Shown here piece after piece: positions 1 to 9,673 of a stretch of 64,000 nt of DNA. Position 1 is the first letter of the stretch; the number at the start of each line of letters is the position of its first letter. The DNA is from a virus. Where the stretch lies: IMG/VR virus record IMGVR_UViG_3300033273_000499; one strand, written 5' to 3'. The notes below the pieces were generated by a model that searched no databases, had not been told where the DNA came from, and worked only from the letters and a program-made list of their open reading frames with translations. The translations under genes and the position numbers were made by a program.

Positions 1-1407
1 CTCACCAAATGGGTTCTTTTCGGTAAAGTCGATAATCTGGTCTGCTTCTGTTTCAATGCTATCATTATCAGCAAATGCATCATAAAGATCGTCAGTGTCG
101 ATTGAATATACTTTGTGACTTCCTGCTGCACCAACGATTGCTTCTCCGACTGCAAAGTTTCCACTGATAATAGCAACTTTGAGTTTTCTTGTATCGTGAT
201 TCCAATCTTTGACGTATGCAGTAGTTCCCGAGGTAGACCCAGTTACTACTTCATTGAAAGTAAATCCACCTGTAGAAATTCCAACAGGAGATTCAACTGT
301 TATTGCTGGATTTGAACCAACTAGATGATAATTTGCTCCAGCATTTAAATACTTGGTTGCAGTTAAAATGCCAGATGCAGTTATTACGGATTCTGCCACT
401 GCTGCATTTATAACAGGCATTGCGAATGGTGAATTTGGGTCTATAGGACCTGGAATTGTAATATCTGGTGCACTAGAGTACCCTACACCACCAGAGGTAA
501 TTGTTAGTGGTGCAAGAACACCATCTGCAATTAACGATGTTGTAATGGCACCAGTGCCTGTTTTACTAACAATAGTTACTGATGGTGGGGATGTATATCC
601 TATACCAGGATTTGTAATTAAGATTTTATCTATAGAACCTCTATCGAGAACTGCTTCTGCTTCTGCCCTTACACCAAATCCACCTGGTTTCTGGAATCTT
701 ATGACTGGAGGTGTCTTATATCCATGACCTCCATTTAAGATGTCAATATAGTGAACAGACTTGCCAGTTACTGTTGGATATACATCAGACATAAGTCTTG
801 CAGAAAGACCTGCACCAGCAGCACCCTCCTGAACCATAGTAATTGTTGATGTGTAACCAAAGTCTTTTACACTCTCATCAACTTCATCAAGACCAGTATC
901 AATGATTTCATCTTCATATTCAAAGAGTTCACAACGTAACTCATAAACATAAAGATTATTGAGTTGATAGAAAGGTGCCTTTGCTTCTACATATTTAATC
1001 TCAAATAAACTGTTATCAAGTGGTAGATATATTAAGTCTCCCTCTTGTGGTCTTTCGGCAGTCTTGACCTCATCATTAAATAGATTGATTTTTGGAGTAA
1101 TAAACTCATTGTATCTTTCCTTTGAGATTACAAAGGTAATCTCATCTGTGCTTCTTACTCCAAACTTACTCAGGATGTCCCCGTTTCCACCAAATCCATC
1201 GAATGTTGAAATATATGCCTCAATGCGGAAACTATCATCAAACTTGGAAACAATAACTTCCTTGATGATTTTTTGCTCATTAATAATCTTTCTGGGCATA
1301 TAGACAACATCTTGTCCATATATGCTCAACTGTTCATTGATTAAATCTTGGACTAATCTCTGCTCACTGGGTGAACCTTGTAAAAAATAAGAATTTAACG
1401 GTGCCAT
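1..1407 (-). CDS. gp14: Neck protein gp14 (T4-like), 3' end cut by window edge
   Basis: Not in the ORF track because it has no stop in the window. Manual translation from ATG at 1407 gives MAPLNSYFLQGSPSEQRLVQDLINEQLSIYGQDVVYMPRK...RPQEGDLIYLPLD...FEIKYVE...PFYQL...YELRCELFEYEDE and ends ...DFTEKNPFGE at base 1, matching T4-like gp14; it lies directly downstream of gp13. Confidence 0.92.
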   Translation of the reverse strand, partial: MAPLNSYFLQGSPSEQRLVQDLINEQLSIYGQDVVYMPRKIINEQKIIKEVIVSKFDDSFRIEAYISTFDGFGGNGDILSKFGVRSTDEITFVISKERYNEFITPKINLFNDEVKTAERPQEGDLIYLPLDNSLFEIKYVEAKAPFYQLNNLYVYELRCELFEYEDEIIDTGLDEVDESVKDFGYTSTITMVQEGAAGAGLSARLMSDVYPTVTGKSVHYIDILNGGHGYKTPPVIRFQKPGGFGVRAEAEAVLDRGSIDKILITNPGIGYTSPPSVTIVSKTGTGAITTSLIADGVLAPLTITSGGVGYSSAPDITIPGPIDPNSPFAMPVINAAVAESVITASGILTATKYLNAGANYHLVGSNPAITVESPVGISTGGFTFNEVVTGSTSGTTAYVKDWNHDTRKLKVAIISGNFAVGEAIVGAAGSHKVYSIDTDDLYDAFADNDSIETEADQIIDFTEKNPFGE

Positions 1408-1408
1408 A

Positions 1409-2245
1409 TCAACCAATCATGTCCATTGGTGGAAGTTCATAATCATTATGAAGTTCTTCCTCTAGTTTCTCTATTTCTTGAACTGCATCTTCATAAATTT
1501 CTCTTCCATTCAGGGTAATACCACCAGGTAATTGAACCCCATTAAATTTTATAAGGTTTTGACCCCACTGTCTCTTGATTAGTGCTGTTGCGTATCTTTT
1601 TAACCACCAATCATTATACACAGAAGTGAATTCTGCTGGGTCTAGAATTCTTATACAATCTAAGATAATGTACTGGTCATCACTAACATGCTCCCAATCA
1701 ATATCCATATACAGTCTGTGCTGCTTTTTATTAAATCTTATTTGAACATCTGGTGTTAGAAGTCTACTAATATCCTCCAAATGGGTCTTGACCATTGCAT
1801 AGTTCAATAGATCAAGAGCACCATAGTAATATAAGTCGTTCAAAAATATTTGGTACTTGATGTTGAATAGACTACTAGATATGCTGCTAGAATCTACTTT
1901 GAATACATTATTAACACCAATTACAGTGTCTGGCAATTCCAAGAAGTTATTTGCTTCTTCATACTCCATAGCACCGAGAGTATTAATACCAACTGTTGCT
2001 GGAGAATTGGAATTAATTGTTGGTGTTGATGTTGAACTTCTTATTGCTGCCTTTCTTTCTTTAGACAGTTGGTGCTTTAGGAAAGTCCTTTGAGCACCAT
2101 CATAATGCCTTTCGTTAAAATATTGCAAAGCATCATCAATCAAGTCACCAATCTGGTCATCATCTACGTTGATTTCCAGAACTGGTTTTCCAAGTCTACG
2201 AAGACAATAATCAATAAGACCTTGACGACTTGATATTGATGCCAT
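1409..2245 (-). CDS. gp13: Neck protein gp13 (T4-like)
   Basis: LIDYCLRRLGKPVLEINVDDDQI...DALQYFNERHYDG and YATALIKRQWGQNLIKFNGVQLPGGITLNG motifs; adjacent to gp14. Confidence 0.93.
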   Translation of the reverse strand: MASISSRQGLIDYCLRRLGKPVLEINVDDDQIGDLIDDALQYFNERHYDGAQRTFLKHQLSKERKAAIRSSTSTPTINSNSPATVGINTLGAMEYEEANNFLELPDTVIGVNNVFKVDSSSISSSLFNIKYQIFLNDLYYYGALDLLNYAMVKTHLEDISRLLTPDVQIRFNKKQHRLYMDIDWEHVSDDQYIILDCIRILDPAEFTSVYNDWWLKRYATALIKRQWGQNLIKFNGVQLPGGITLNGREIYEDAVQEIEKLEEELHNDYELPPMDMIG

Positions 2246-2267
2246 ACAACATGTCCTCTATATTAGA

Positions 2268-2274
2268 TATTTAT
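2268..2274 (-). promoter_or_regulatory. T4-type late promoter core (ATAAATA) for gp13
   Basis: Plus-strand tatttat at 2268-2274, about 23 nt upstream of the gp13 ATG and overlapping the upstream TAA. Confidence 0.6.
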
Positions 2275-5200
2275 GCCTGTGCCTCAGACCACTTCAGAAT
2301 GAAGTTACCTGTGAAGTCACTTCCACCAGTGTTATATACGTTGACTGCCAGGATATCAGGACCATTAGGGAATGTACCTGAACCACCGATTGGTGTATTA
2401 TTGAGTTCTTTCAGTTTTGAAAGGTCAATTTTGGAGTCTTCGGTTGCTGAACCAACGAATGAGAAAACAGTTTCACCAGGAGCAGCAGAAGTGTTTGGTG
2501 CAGTGAATGTATATGTCGTCTGACCAGCATTACCAGGTCTTGATGCAGAAGACATTCTAAGGACGACCTTAGATGCATCATTCTGATAGAAGTCATTATA
2601 GATAGCAGTGACCCTAGTACCACCTGGGATTGCTCTACTTTGTGAGTCAGTACCAGAAACAACAAAGTTGACTCTGACTGAAGAAACATCACTACGGCTA
2701 AACTGAATATATGATGTTCTATAGTTTTGCTGTAATGTGTTATTCGCATTAATAGATGCAGTACCACCTTCCCAAGCAATATCTTCACCCTGTGCAATCT
2801 GTGCGAATGATGGTTGTCCACCAACACCAGGAGAGGTTAGGTCAGTCCAAGTAACACTAGATGGATCTGATGGATAGTTGGATGGGTTGAGAATACCTTC
2901 TACAATAACTGACTGGTTAGAAGATCCACTAACTGGTGAGAATTCCAGAGAGTCCATCAAAAGTTGTGCTCTGTTAATTAGTTCTCTATCACCAATATCT
3001 CCAAGAATTGCATTAGAAACACTAGGTGCTAGTCTAATCAAGAATGATGTTGTTTTGAGTCCAGTGATGATAGTTCCAATCGACTGATAGTTGAAGATGT
3101 ATCCACGATCTTCATCAAATAAACCATCAGTTAGATAAGCAGAACCCCAGTGACTAATAACAGGTGATGCAGTGTTAGAAACAAAGATTGCACCTGTTCC
3201 TGAATTGTGAGAAGATGCACCTCCAGCAGAGTAAGTTCTATTTGAACCTGCAGCAAAATTACTAAATGTTGCTGCTCTTGTGGCACCCTCTAGATTATTA
3301 CCATTCTTTGAGGTGTAATTGATGAGCTCATTATCAATTAATATAGTTCCAGATTCTGGAAGTAGTGTTGCATCATCGAGTGGGATGATATTTGTTGCTG
3401 CATCAATGTTTGAAGCTAATTTAGTCTTGGCACCTTCATTGATAACTTCGTAACGTACAGGTAGGTTACCAGAACGCATGAATGCTTCGGTGTTTCTGTT
3501 GTTGTTCTTTAGTCTATGAATGAACAGATAGTCACCAGAAGGACCACGTAGCATCCAGTCAATGAATCCAGCACCATACCAGGTGTATTGGAATCCAATC
3601 ATTTGCATCTTAGATACATTGATTTCATATCCAGAAGGACCAGTTCCATCTGCTTTATCAATGTTCCACTCATGTTGTGGAATAATCGTCTCATTAACTA
3701 GTGAATACTTTGCACCAGTAATACTATTTGTTCCCCTATAGTCTGGTGTAACAGACATTTGGGTATTATGGTCAATACTAGTGACAACATGTGTCATACC
3801 TCTGATGACGATTCTATCACCTGCTTGAAGTTGTTCGGCAAATCTGGTGTTTGTTCCACTAATTGTATTTGAGTTATTAGTAGCAGAAATTGTACCTGCA
3901 AGTTGGTAAGTTGCTGAACGTAAACCAACTGCTAGGTTGACACCATCATACTGCCAGAAGATTCCATTCTGGTCATCAAATGCACCAGCACGAACAGTAG
4001 CACCTTGCCACTTATAAAGTGAAACTTGTGCTTGAGTTCCGAGTTTAGCAGTCGTATTACCAAGAGCAGTCTTAGCAGTTACAGTAAATGTAATGTCATC
4101 AATGATACTGGATACTACATAATGACCATTGTATCCAGAAGTGGTTACGTTGATTATTCTAACCTCTGCACCAACCTGCAAGTTATGGTTGGTATCATCT
4201 GTAGTTACAGTAATTTCATCACCTGCATTTAAACCAGATGAAATTAAACTTCTTAAGTCATAAGATGGTGCAAACAATGTACCAGTAGTATACATGATAC
4301 CCTTACCTGACTGGTATCTAATATACTTCTTAGACTGACGAACTGCATGTGCTCCATGAGTTGGTGACTGAGTACCTAATTGGACACCACCATCAAATGG
4401 TCTATGCACATAGAAGCAATCTGGTCTTGGATAAACTGTTCCCGCAATACCAGTTGGTTGAATAGTACCTGCTGCTCTTGCTGTATATACAATATCATTT
4501 AATGTTGGAGTTGCTTCAATAGTAACAGGACCAGAAGCAAGTTCGTGATTATTTCCATTTGAATAAATCGAAGTTAAAATAGTATTACCAGGAACAAATC
4601 CATGCTTAGCACCAAAACTTACTTTAATTTTTGCAACAGCAGAGAATGAATAGGAAGAATTTTCAGGAACATCAGTAACTAAGTTTTCACTAATTGCTAT
4701 AGAAGGATGGAAATTAAGTACATCTCCGAGAACTGGAGTTCCAGAAACAGTTACTGATCCAATACCTGCATATCCAGCAACACCAGCAGAAATCTCACCG
4801 TCTTTTACTGTTTCTGAAACTGTAATTACCAAATCATTAGTAGCATTGCCACCCAATTGTGCTCCAGGAATTCTAATAGAATTTCCAGGAACATATCCTG
4901 TTCCACGAGCAGATGGTGTTGCAGTATAACTAGAACCAGACTTTCCTACGTTAAATGTTGCACCAGAAGCAGCATTAACGGAAGATGCTGTTCCATAGAC
5001 AGCATTGCCATTAGCAGGAACACCAGTAAATCCAAATGATACAATTTCTCCACCACCACCTACCGTTGTGGCAGTGATGTATAAATCATTAGTTATAGTT
5101 GAACCACCAATTACAGAACCATCAATTACAACTGAGTCTGTAGCAGAGTATCCAGAACCAGTTTGATTGTTTCCACCTGCAATAACAACTTCATATGCAG

Positions 5201-7355
5201 TTGCAGCACCACCAACTCTTGTAACATCAAACTGTGCACCAAATCCACCAGTTGTTGTTATGCCTGATACTTGTGTGAATACTTTTCTACTTGAAATTGC
5301 TTGTCCAAATGAGTCATCTGCAAAAACAGTCTGTCCATTAATGCCATCATAGTGAAGCAGCAAAGAAGTATACCCATCTTTTTCAAATTGTGCAGATGGT
5401 GGATTAAAATTATCAGAATATCTTGCTATCTTAGATACTCTCGTTTCATCGATATACCCAAAGAATCCATTTGCATTATTGAAATCTGCACCAATATTAA
5501 ATGGTTCGGAATCAATTGCTAGTGAACTTGTATGGACCCCACTTTGTCGTGTACCATTAAGATATAGTCGATACTCACCCTGCTTTCTTTGTAGTGCAAC
5601 ATGAGTCCAAGCACTAGAGTTGACTGTGGTATCAGAAACAAACTGCTCTAAACCAGATACGGTTACAGTAACTTGATTTAGTGTATTTATTCCAACAACT
5701 GGAGAAGAAGAACCACTACCTACTCTAGCATCAAATAAAACTTCACTTGAAGAGTGACTCTGCCTCTGTCTGTTTATCCAAGTCTCATAAGTAACATCTC
5801 CTGAACCAAAATTAAAGTTAGGATAAATTGTAGAGTCTGCTTGATTAACTAAAACTTGAAGAGAATCTACTGCTGAAACTGTTGGATTTGCTAAGAATGA
5901 ACTTCCTCCAAAGTAAGACAGAGTTTGAGATAATGCTGCATCACCTCTAGGAATAACATAATTTGTAGACCTAATAGATGTAATTGCACCAGCATTTACT
6001 CCTGTTACTACTGCAAATAAATCATTAGTTCCCGACTCACCACCTAAATCAGAACCATCAATTTTTAGTAAATCATTTACCGCATAAAGTCCACCAGGAG
6101 AATTAATGTCAATAGTATATCTTCCTTCTGTTCTGTTTACTACAAAAGTTGCAGTGCTACCTAAACCAAACTGATTAGTTCCAGTATATATTCCTAAAGA
6201 ATTTGCAGTACCAATTTTACTTACTACTAATGGTCTTGATAGTGTTAATTGATTTCCTGTAATGTTAGTAACAAAAGTTGCCTCACCACTACCATTATTT
6301 AAGGCAGAACCAACAACAATACCATTTGTGCTATTGACTCTTACTGTACTTGATGGTGCAGTAACATCTTCTGAGCAAGTTACCTGTGCAGTTTCGGAAG
6401 TGACACCTGTTATCTGAGCACCTGTTGGAACTCCTGTTCCAATTAGTGGTGCTCCTGTAATAGCATTTGTTGTTCCACTATATGCAATTCTGCTTGTACC
6501 TGATTTATTAATAAACTTAGATACGAATGTTCCAGTTGCACCATTAGACTGAAGAGAGAATGTAGGACTTCCTACATTAGCTCCAGTATAGAATCCACCC
6601 TGTTTGAGAGTAACATAAGTTGTATAAAGAGATTCCCCTGCAATAGTTCCTACTCTTCCTTTTGCATAGTATGTGAATGTATTAACATCTATTACCGAAA
6701 ATACAATAAATGAGCCTTCTGCACGATTTGCATTTTTTATTGCTTCATTTACCGCATTAATTCTAATTGGTTTGCCTACCTGGAGACCATGTGGTTCTTT
6801 AGTTGCTACTGTAATTAATGAAGCACCAACGTTATTGGTTGGTTGGCTTGCATCTGTAGTAATAGTATCAACTACAATATCTGAACCAGGAATTTCATAA
6901 ATTGATGGATAACCTCTCATAAAATCAATGGTTTGCCACTTGGTAGGCTGAATTCCATACTCAAAGTCAGCGTCAATCATTGATTGAGGGGTTGCAACCC
7001 TCATTCTTTCAATAGCATCAGTACCAAAGTTGAATGGTCTTACTTTAATCTCATCCGATTCAACAAAGATTTGAATATCGTCAGTTGCACTTTGCTCTGA
7101 TGTATCAAACTGGAAGTGGATGGTGGTTACACCATTTGATACGTCGTTTGCATACGGGAAATCCGAGTCGAATGTATCACTAAATTCAACAAGAATTTGC
7201 TTCGACGGATCTGAGAAGTTATATAAAAACTCGTTTCTTGTTGTATTAGTGATTAGGAGAAGGTCACTCTGTGGAACCTTATCCAGAACTTTTACATTTC
7301 CAACCCCAGCGGCACCAGGAGTAAAAACATAATTCTTGAGTTGCTTTTTAGCCAT
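2271..7355 (-). CDS. Large virion structural / fibre-like protein with internal LamG (concanavalin-like) domain
   Basis: 1694 aa. Motifs DAIERMRVATPQSMIDADFEYG and VRQSKKYIRYQSGKG...WYGAGFIDW typical of marine T4-like structural proteins; LamG signature WTHVALQRK...LYLNG...IGAD...FFGYIDETRVSKIARY; SD aggaga upstream. Confidence 0.75.
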   Translation of the reverse strand: MAKKQLKNYVFTPGAAGVGNVKVLDKVPQSDLLLITNTTRNEFLYNFSDPSKQILVEFSDTFDSDFPYANDVSNGVTTIHFQFDTSEQSATDDIQIFVESDEIKVRPFNFGTDAIERMRVATPQSMIDADFEYGIQPTKWQTIDFMRGYPSIYEIPGSDIVVDTITTDASQPTNNVGASLITVATKEPHGLQVGKPIRINAVNEAIKNANRAEGSFIVFSVIDVNTFTYYAKGRVGTIAGESLYTTYVTLKQGGFYTGANVGSPTFSLQSNGATGTFVSKFINKSGTSRIAYSGTTNAITGAPLIGTGVPTGAQITGVTSETAQVTCSEDVTAPSSTVRVNSTNGIVVGSALNNGSGEATFVTNITGNQLTLSRPLVVSKIGTANSLGIYTGTNQFGLGSTATFVVNRTEGRYTIDINSPGGLYAVNDLLKIDGSDLGGESGTNDLFAVVTGVNAGAITSIRSTNYVIPRGDAALSQTLSYFGGSSFLANPTVSAVDSLQVLVNQADSTIYPNFNFGSGDVTYETWINRQRQSHSSSEVLFDARVGSGSSSPVVGINTLNQVTVTVSGLEQFVSDTTVNSSAWTHVALQRKQGEYRLYLNGTRQSGVHTSSLAIDSEPFNIGADFNNANGFFGYIDETRVSKIARYSDNFNPPSAQFEKDGYTSLLLHYDGINGQTVFADDSFGQAISSRKVFTQVSGITTTGGFGAQFDVTRVGGAATAYEVVIAGGNNQTGSGYSATDSVVIDGSVIGGSTITNDLYITATTVGGGGEIVSFGFTGVPANGNAVYGTASSVNAASGATFNVGKSGSSYTATPSARGTGYVPGNSIRIPGAQLGGNATNDLVITVSETVKDGEISAGVAGYAGIGSVTVSGTPVLGDVLNFHPSIAISENLVTDVPENSSYSFSAVAKIKVSFGAKHGFVPGNTILTSIYSNGNNHELASGPVTIEATPTLNDIVYTARAAGTIQPTGIAGTVYPRPDCFYVHRPFDGGVQLGTQSPTHGAHAVRQSKKYIRYQSGKGIMYTTGTLFAPSYDLRSLISSGLNAGDEITVTTDDTNHNLQVGAEVRIINVTTSGYNGHYVVSSIIDDITFTVTAKTALGNTTAKLGTQAQVSLYKWQGATVRAGAFDDQNGIFWQYDGVNLAVGLRSATYQLAGTISATNNSNTISGTNTRFAEQLQAGDRIVIRGMTHVVTSIDHNTQMSVTPDYRGTNSITGAKYSLVNETIIPQHEWNIDKADGTGPSGYEINVSKMQMIGFQYTWYGAGFIDWMLRGPSGDYLFIHRLKNNNRNTEAFMRSGNLPVRYEVINEGAKTKLASNIDAATNIIPLDDATLLPESGTILIDNELINYTSKNGNNLEGATRAATFSNFAAGSNRTYSAGGASSHNSGTGAIFVSNTASPVISHWGSAYLTDGLFDEDRGYIFNYQSIGTIITGLKTTSFLIRLAPSVSNAILGDIGDRELINRAQLLMDSLEFSPVSGSSNQSVIVEGILNPSNYPSDPSSVTWTDLTSPGVGGQPSFAQIAQGEDIAWEGGTASINANNTLQQNYRTSYIQFSRSDVSSVRVNFVVSGTDSQSRAIPGGTRVTAIYNDFYQNDASKVVLRMSSASRPGNAGQTTYTFTAPNTSAAPGETVFSFVGSATEDSKIDLSKLKELNNTPIGGSGTFPNGPDILAVNVYNTGGSDFTGNFILKWSEAQA

Positions 7356-7378
7356 TTAAGAATATCTCCTAATTAATT

Positions 7379-8473
7379 TTATGAAAGTGCGATTGACATT
7401 GCGACTGACCTGGTATCCACGTAACGCTTGTTCGTTGCGTCGGTGTTGGAAGTTGCCGTTGCGACGTTAGTAACTTTATTATTTAGTACATTTACAGTAC
7501 TTCCTACACTCAAAGTTCCTGTAACGGAAGCATTTTGAGCAACGTTAATACTATCACTCAGTGCCACAGTTACTACATTATTACTAACGTTTGTAGTCAG
7601 GTTATTGTTAAAGAATACAGTATTTGCTACACCAATAACTGCTGAGTTACCTCCAAATACTAGTTTTTCACCAGTTACTGCTGAGGGGATTCTTCCAGTT
7701 AATTGATCCGCATCAAGTGTTCCATCGAAAGATGCTGCGGTTACAATTCCAGTGATTGATGCTCCACCACCAACAACAGAGAAGTTTCCTTGTGCTGTTA
7801 GATTGACGAAGTTACCATCTCCTACTGCTACTCCAGCTGCTGCTTCATCAGTCTTACCGTAAACAGTAAATCCAATTCTGGAACCATCATCTGATGAACA
7901 TACTAACTTCTGACCATTTGAGAGTTTGATTCCCCTTCTTTCATAAGAATCAGTTGGTTCAATTTTTACATTATATTCAATGTATTCAGAACTCTCAAAG
8001 TCTGCAACTGGTCCACTTGTAATTCCAAGTCTTGCTTTTGATGCAAATGATTGGAAATTATAAGCATTGATATTAACTACTGTAGAAGTTTCTGCTGGTG
8101 CTTCATATAGTAATACTCTTTTATTCTTCTCGGTGGTTACTGATCTGAGAATACCTGAATCATTAGTATCATCAATTACTTCACCATACAGGAGAAACTG
8201 TGTATTGGCATGACTTGAATGGACAACAAGTTTTTGCCCATTGCCAAAAAACAAATCATTAGTTTCTAAAGTTTGCCCTGCAGGGATAACTCTATTATAA
8301 TGGATATAGTTTAGATTATCTGCCCCTGTAGTAATTGCTACCCTTACTTTTACATCTTCAAAGTTCTTGTGAGAAATAGCAACTTTCCCATCAATCAAGT
8401 CAGTGGCAGATATATAAAGAACAGTATTTTTACTCGGATTTGGTATAACAGATCCTAAGAGGCCAAAAGCCAT
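7379..8473 (-). CDS. Fibre-associated structural protein with two tandem ~100-aa N-terminal domains
   Basis: 364 aa. Two repeats ending NGQKLV..S...YG; fibre-like C-terminus NKVTNVATATSNTDATNKRYVD and SVAMSIALS; late promoter upstream. Confidence 0.65.
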   Translation of the reverse strand: MAFGLLGSVIPNPSKNTVLYISATDLIDGKVAISHKNFEDVKVRVAITTGADNLNYIHYNRVIPAGQTLETNDLFFGNGQKLVVHSSHANTQFLLYGEVIDDTNDSGILRSVTTEKNKRVLLYEAPAETSTVVNINAYNFQSFASKARLGITSGPVADFESSEYIEYNVKIEPTDSYERRGIKLSNGQKLVCSSDDGSRIGFTVYGKTDEAAAGVAVGDGNFVNLTAQGNFSVVGGGASITGIVTAASFDGTLDADQLTGRIPSAVTGEKLVFGGNSAVIGVANTVFFNNNLTTNVSNNVVTVALSDSINVAQNASVTGTLSVGSTVNVLNNKVTNVATATSNTDATNKRYVDTRSVAMSIALS

Positions 8474-8477
8474 GGAA

Positions 8478-8484
8478 CTAAATA
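8478..8484 (+). promoter_or_regulatory. Late promoter variant (CTAAATA) facing hldD
   Basis: ctaaata on the plus strand 40 nt upstream of the hldD ATG. Confidence 0.4.
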
Positions 8485-8497
8485 GTAAATTTAAAAT

Positions 8498-8505
8498 TAT
8501 TTATA
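8498..8505 (-). promoter_or_regulatory. T4 late promoter consensus TATAAATA
   Basis: Plus-strand tatttata; 25 nt upstream of the ATG at 8473. Confidence 0.75.
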
Positions 8506-8523
8506 CTAGAGGAAAAAGGTGAG

Positions 8524-9315
8524 ATGATTGTATTAACAGGCTCAAAAGGGTTTATCGGAAAAAAGTTCCTTGAAGCACTAAAGAAGCAGGGAAAAGAAGT
8601 TATCGAAGTAGAAAAGAACGATAGTTGGCATTGGAGAACATACTTCAACAAATGGGAAGAGGTTGAGTGCATCATCCATCAAGGTGCAATGTCATCAACT
8701 ACAAATACAAATTTGAGAGAAATATTTACATTTAATATTGAATTTAGTGAGTGGTTATTTGAAAAAGCAGCAAAATATAACATTCCAGTAAAATATGCCT
8801 CGTCTGCTTCCGTGTATGGAAACGAACAAGGCATCATCAATCCTCTTAATTATTATGCACTCTCAAAAGTGACTACTGATTATTGGGTTCAAGATAATAT
8901 TGATAGATTTTCTTTAATCCAAGGATTTAGATACTTTAATGTATACGGTGATGGTGAAGAGCATAAGGGAAACCAAGCAAGTCCCGTTAGTAAATTTGCA
9001 AAAGAAATTGAAGAGACTGGAAAATTAAAGTTGTTTGAAGGTTCTCAAGATTTCTTACGGGATTTTATTTGTGTTGATGATATTGTTGATGTTGTTCTAA
9101 ACAACAACAAAGGTTCTGGCATTTATGACCTTGGAACTAGTTCTCCTGTAAGTTTTCAATACGTAGCAGAATGCTGCATAAAAAAATATGGTGGAGATAT
9201 AGAATACATTCCATTCCCCGACCATTTAGTAGGTAAATATCAAACTTATACTTGTGCCAAGAAAGAGTGGAGTAACCACAAGTTCAAAACTATCAAAGAG
9301 TATCTCCTGGGGTGA
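8524..9315 (+). CDS. hldD: ADP-L-glycero-D-manno-heptose 6-epimerase (extended SDR)
   Basis: TGSKGFIG NAD-binding motif, HQGAMSSTT, YASSASVYG, YALSK (YxxxK), GFRYFNVYGDGEEHKGNQASPV, RDFICVDD, YQTYTCA; only convincing plus-strand gene in the window. Confidence 0.85.
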   Translation: MIVLTGSKGFIGKKFLEALKKQGKEVIEVEKNDSWHWRTYFNKWEEVECIIHQGAMSSTTNTNLREIFTFNIEFSEWLFEKAAKYNIPVKYASSASVYGNEQGIINPLNYYALSKVTTDYWVQDNIDRFSLIQGFRYFNVYGDGEEHKGNQASPVSKFAKEIEETGKLKLFEGSQDFLRDFICVDDIVDVVLNNNKGSGIYDLGTSSPVSFQYVAECCIKKYGGDIEYIPFPDHLVGKYQTYTCAKKEWSNHKFKTIKEYLLG

Positions 9316-9673
9316 CACGGATACTATCAGAGTCAAAATGCTCTGTACTGAACTCAAACAGCTCTGTGTCTTCCATACCATACATCTGATGTCTCATACC
9401 AACTGGAACATGGAACTTATCTCCACGTTCCAGAATTGCTATGGAACCTAGTTCTTGATTGTCTGACCAACCATATTTAATTTTAATTTTTCCACTCTGA
9501 ACGTAGAAAACTTCATCCTTTTTATTATGATAGTGCCATGAGCACTTCTTTCCCTTAGCAATATACAGAAGTTTTCCGCAGTACTGCTCACAATTTACAA
9601 TCCATTTTTCAAATCCCCACCCTTTAGGTACGAACTTAATATCTTGCCCTGCTCTGGGTCTAGAAGAAGTCAT
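9293..9673 (-). CDS. Cupin, mannose-6-phosphate isomerase / lyxose ketol-isomerase-like
   Basis: KGWGFEKWI, CSWHYHNKKDEVFYVQSG (HxHx4E), FHVPVGMRHQM cupin metal-binding motifs. Confidence 0.75.
   Translation of the reverse strand: MTSSRPRAGQDIKFVPKGWGFEKWIVNCEQYCGKLLYIAKGKKCSWHYHNKKDEVFYVQSGKIKIKYGWSDNQELGSIAILERGDKFHVPVGMRHQMYGMEDTELFEFSTEHFDSDSIRVTPGDTL

Noticed and set aside
8474-8523. wcaG/manA-type cyanophage cis-regulatory RNA upstream of the epimerase
   Set aside because: The gap is only 50 nt, very AT-rich and lacks stable stems.
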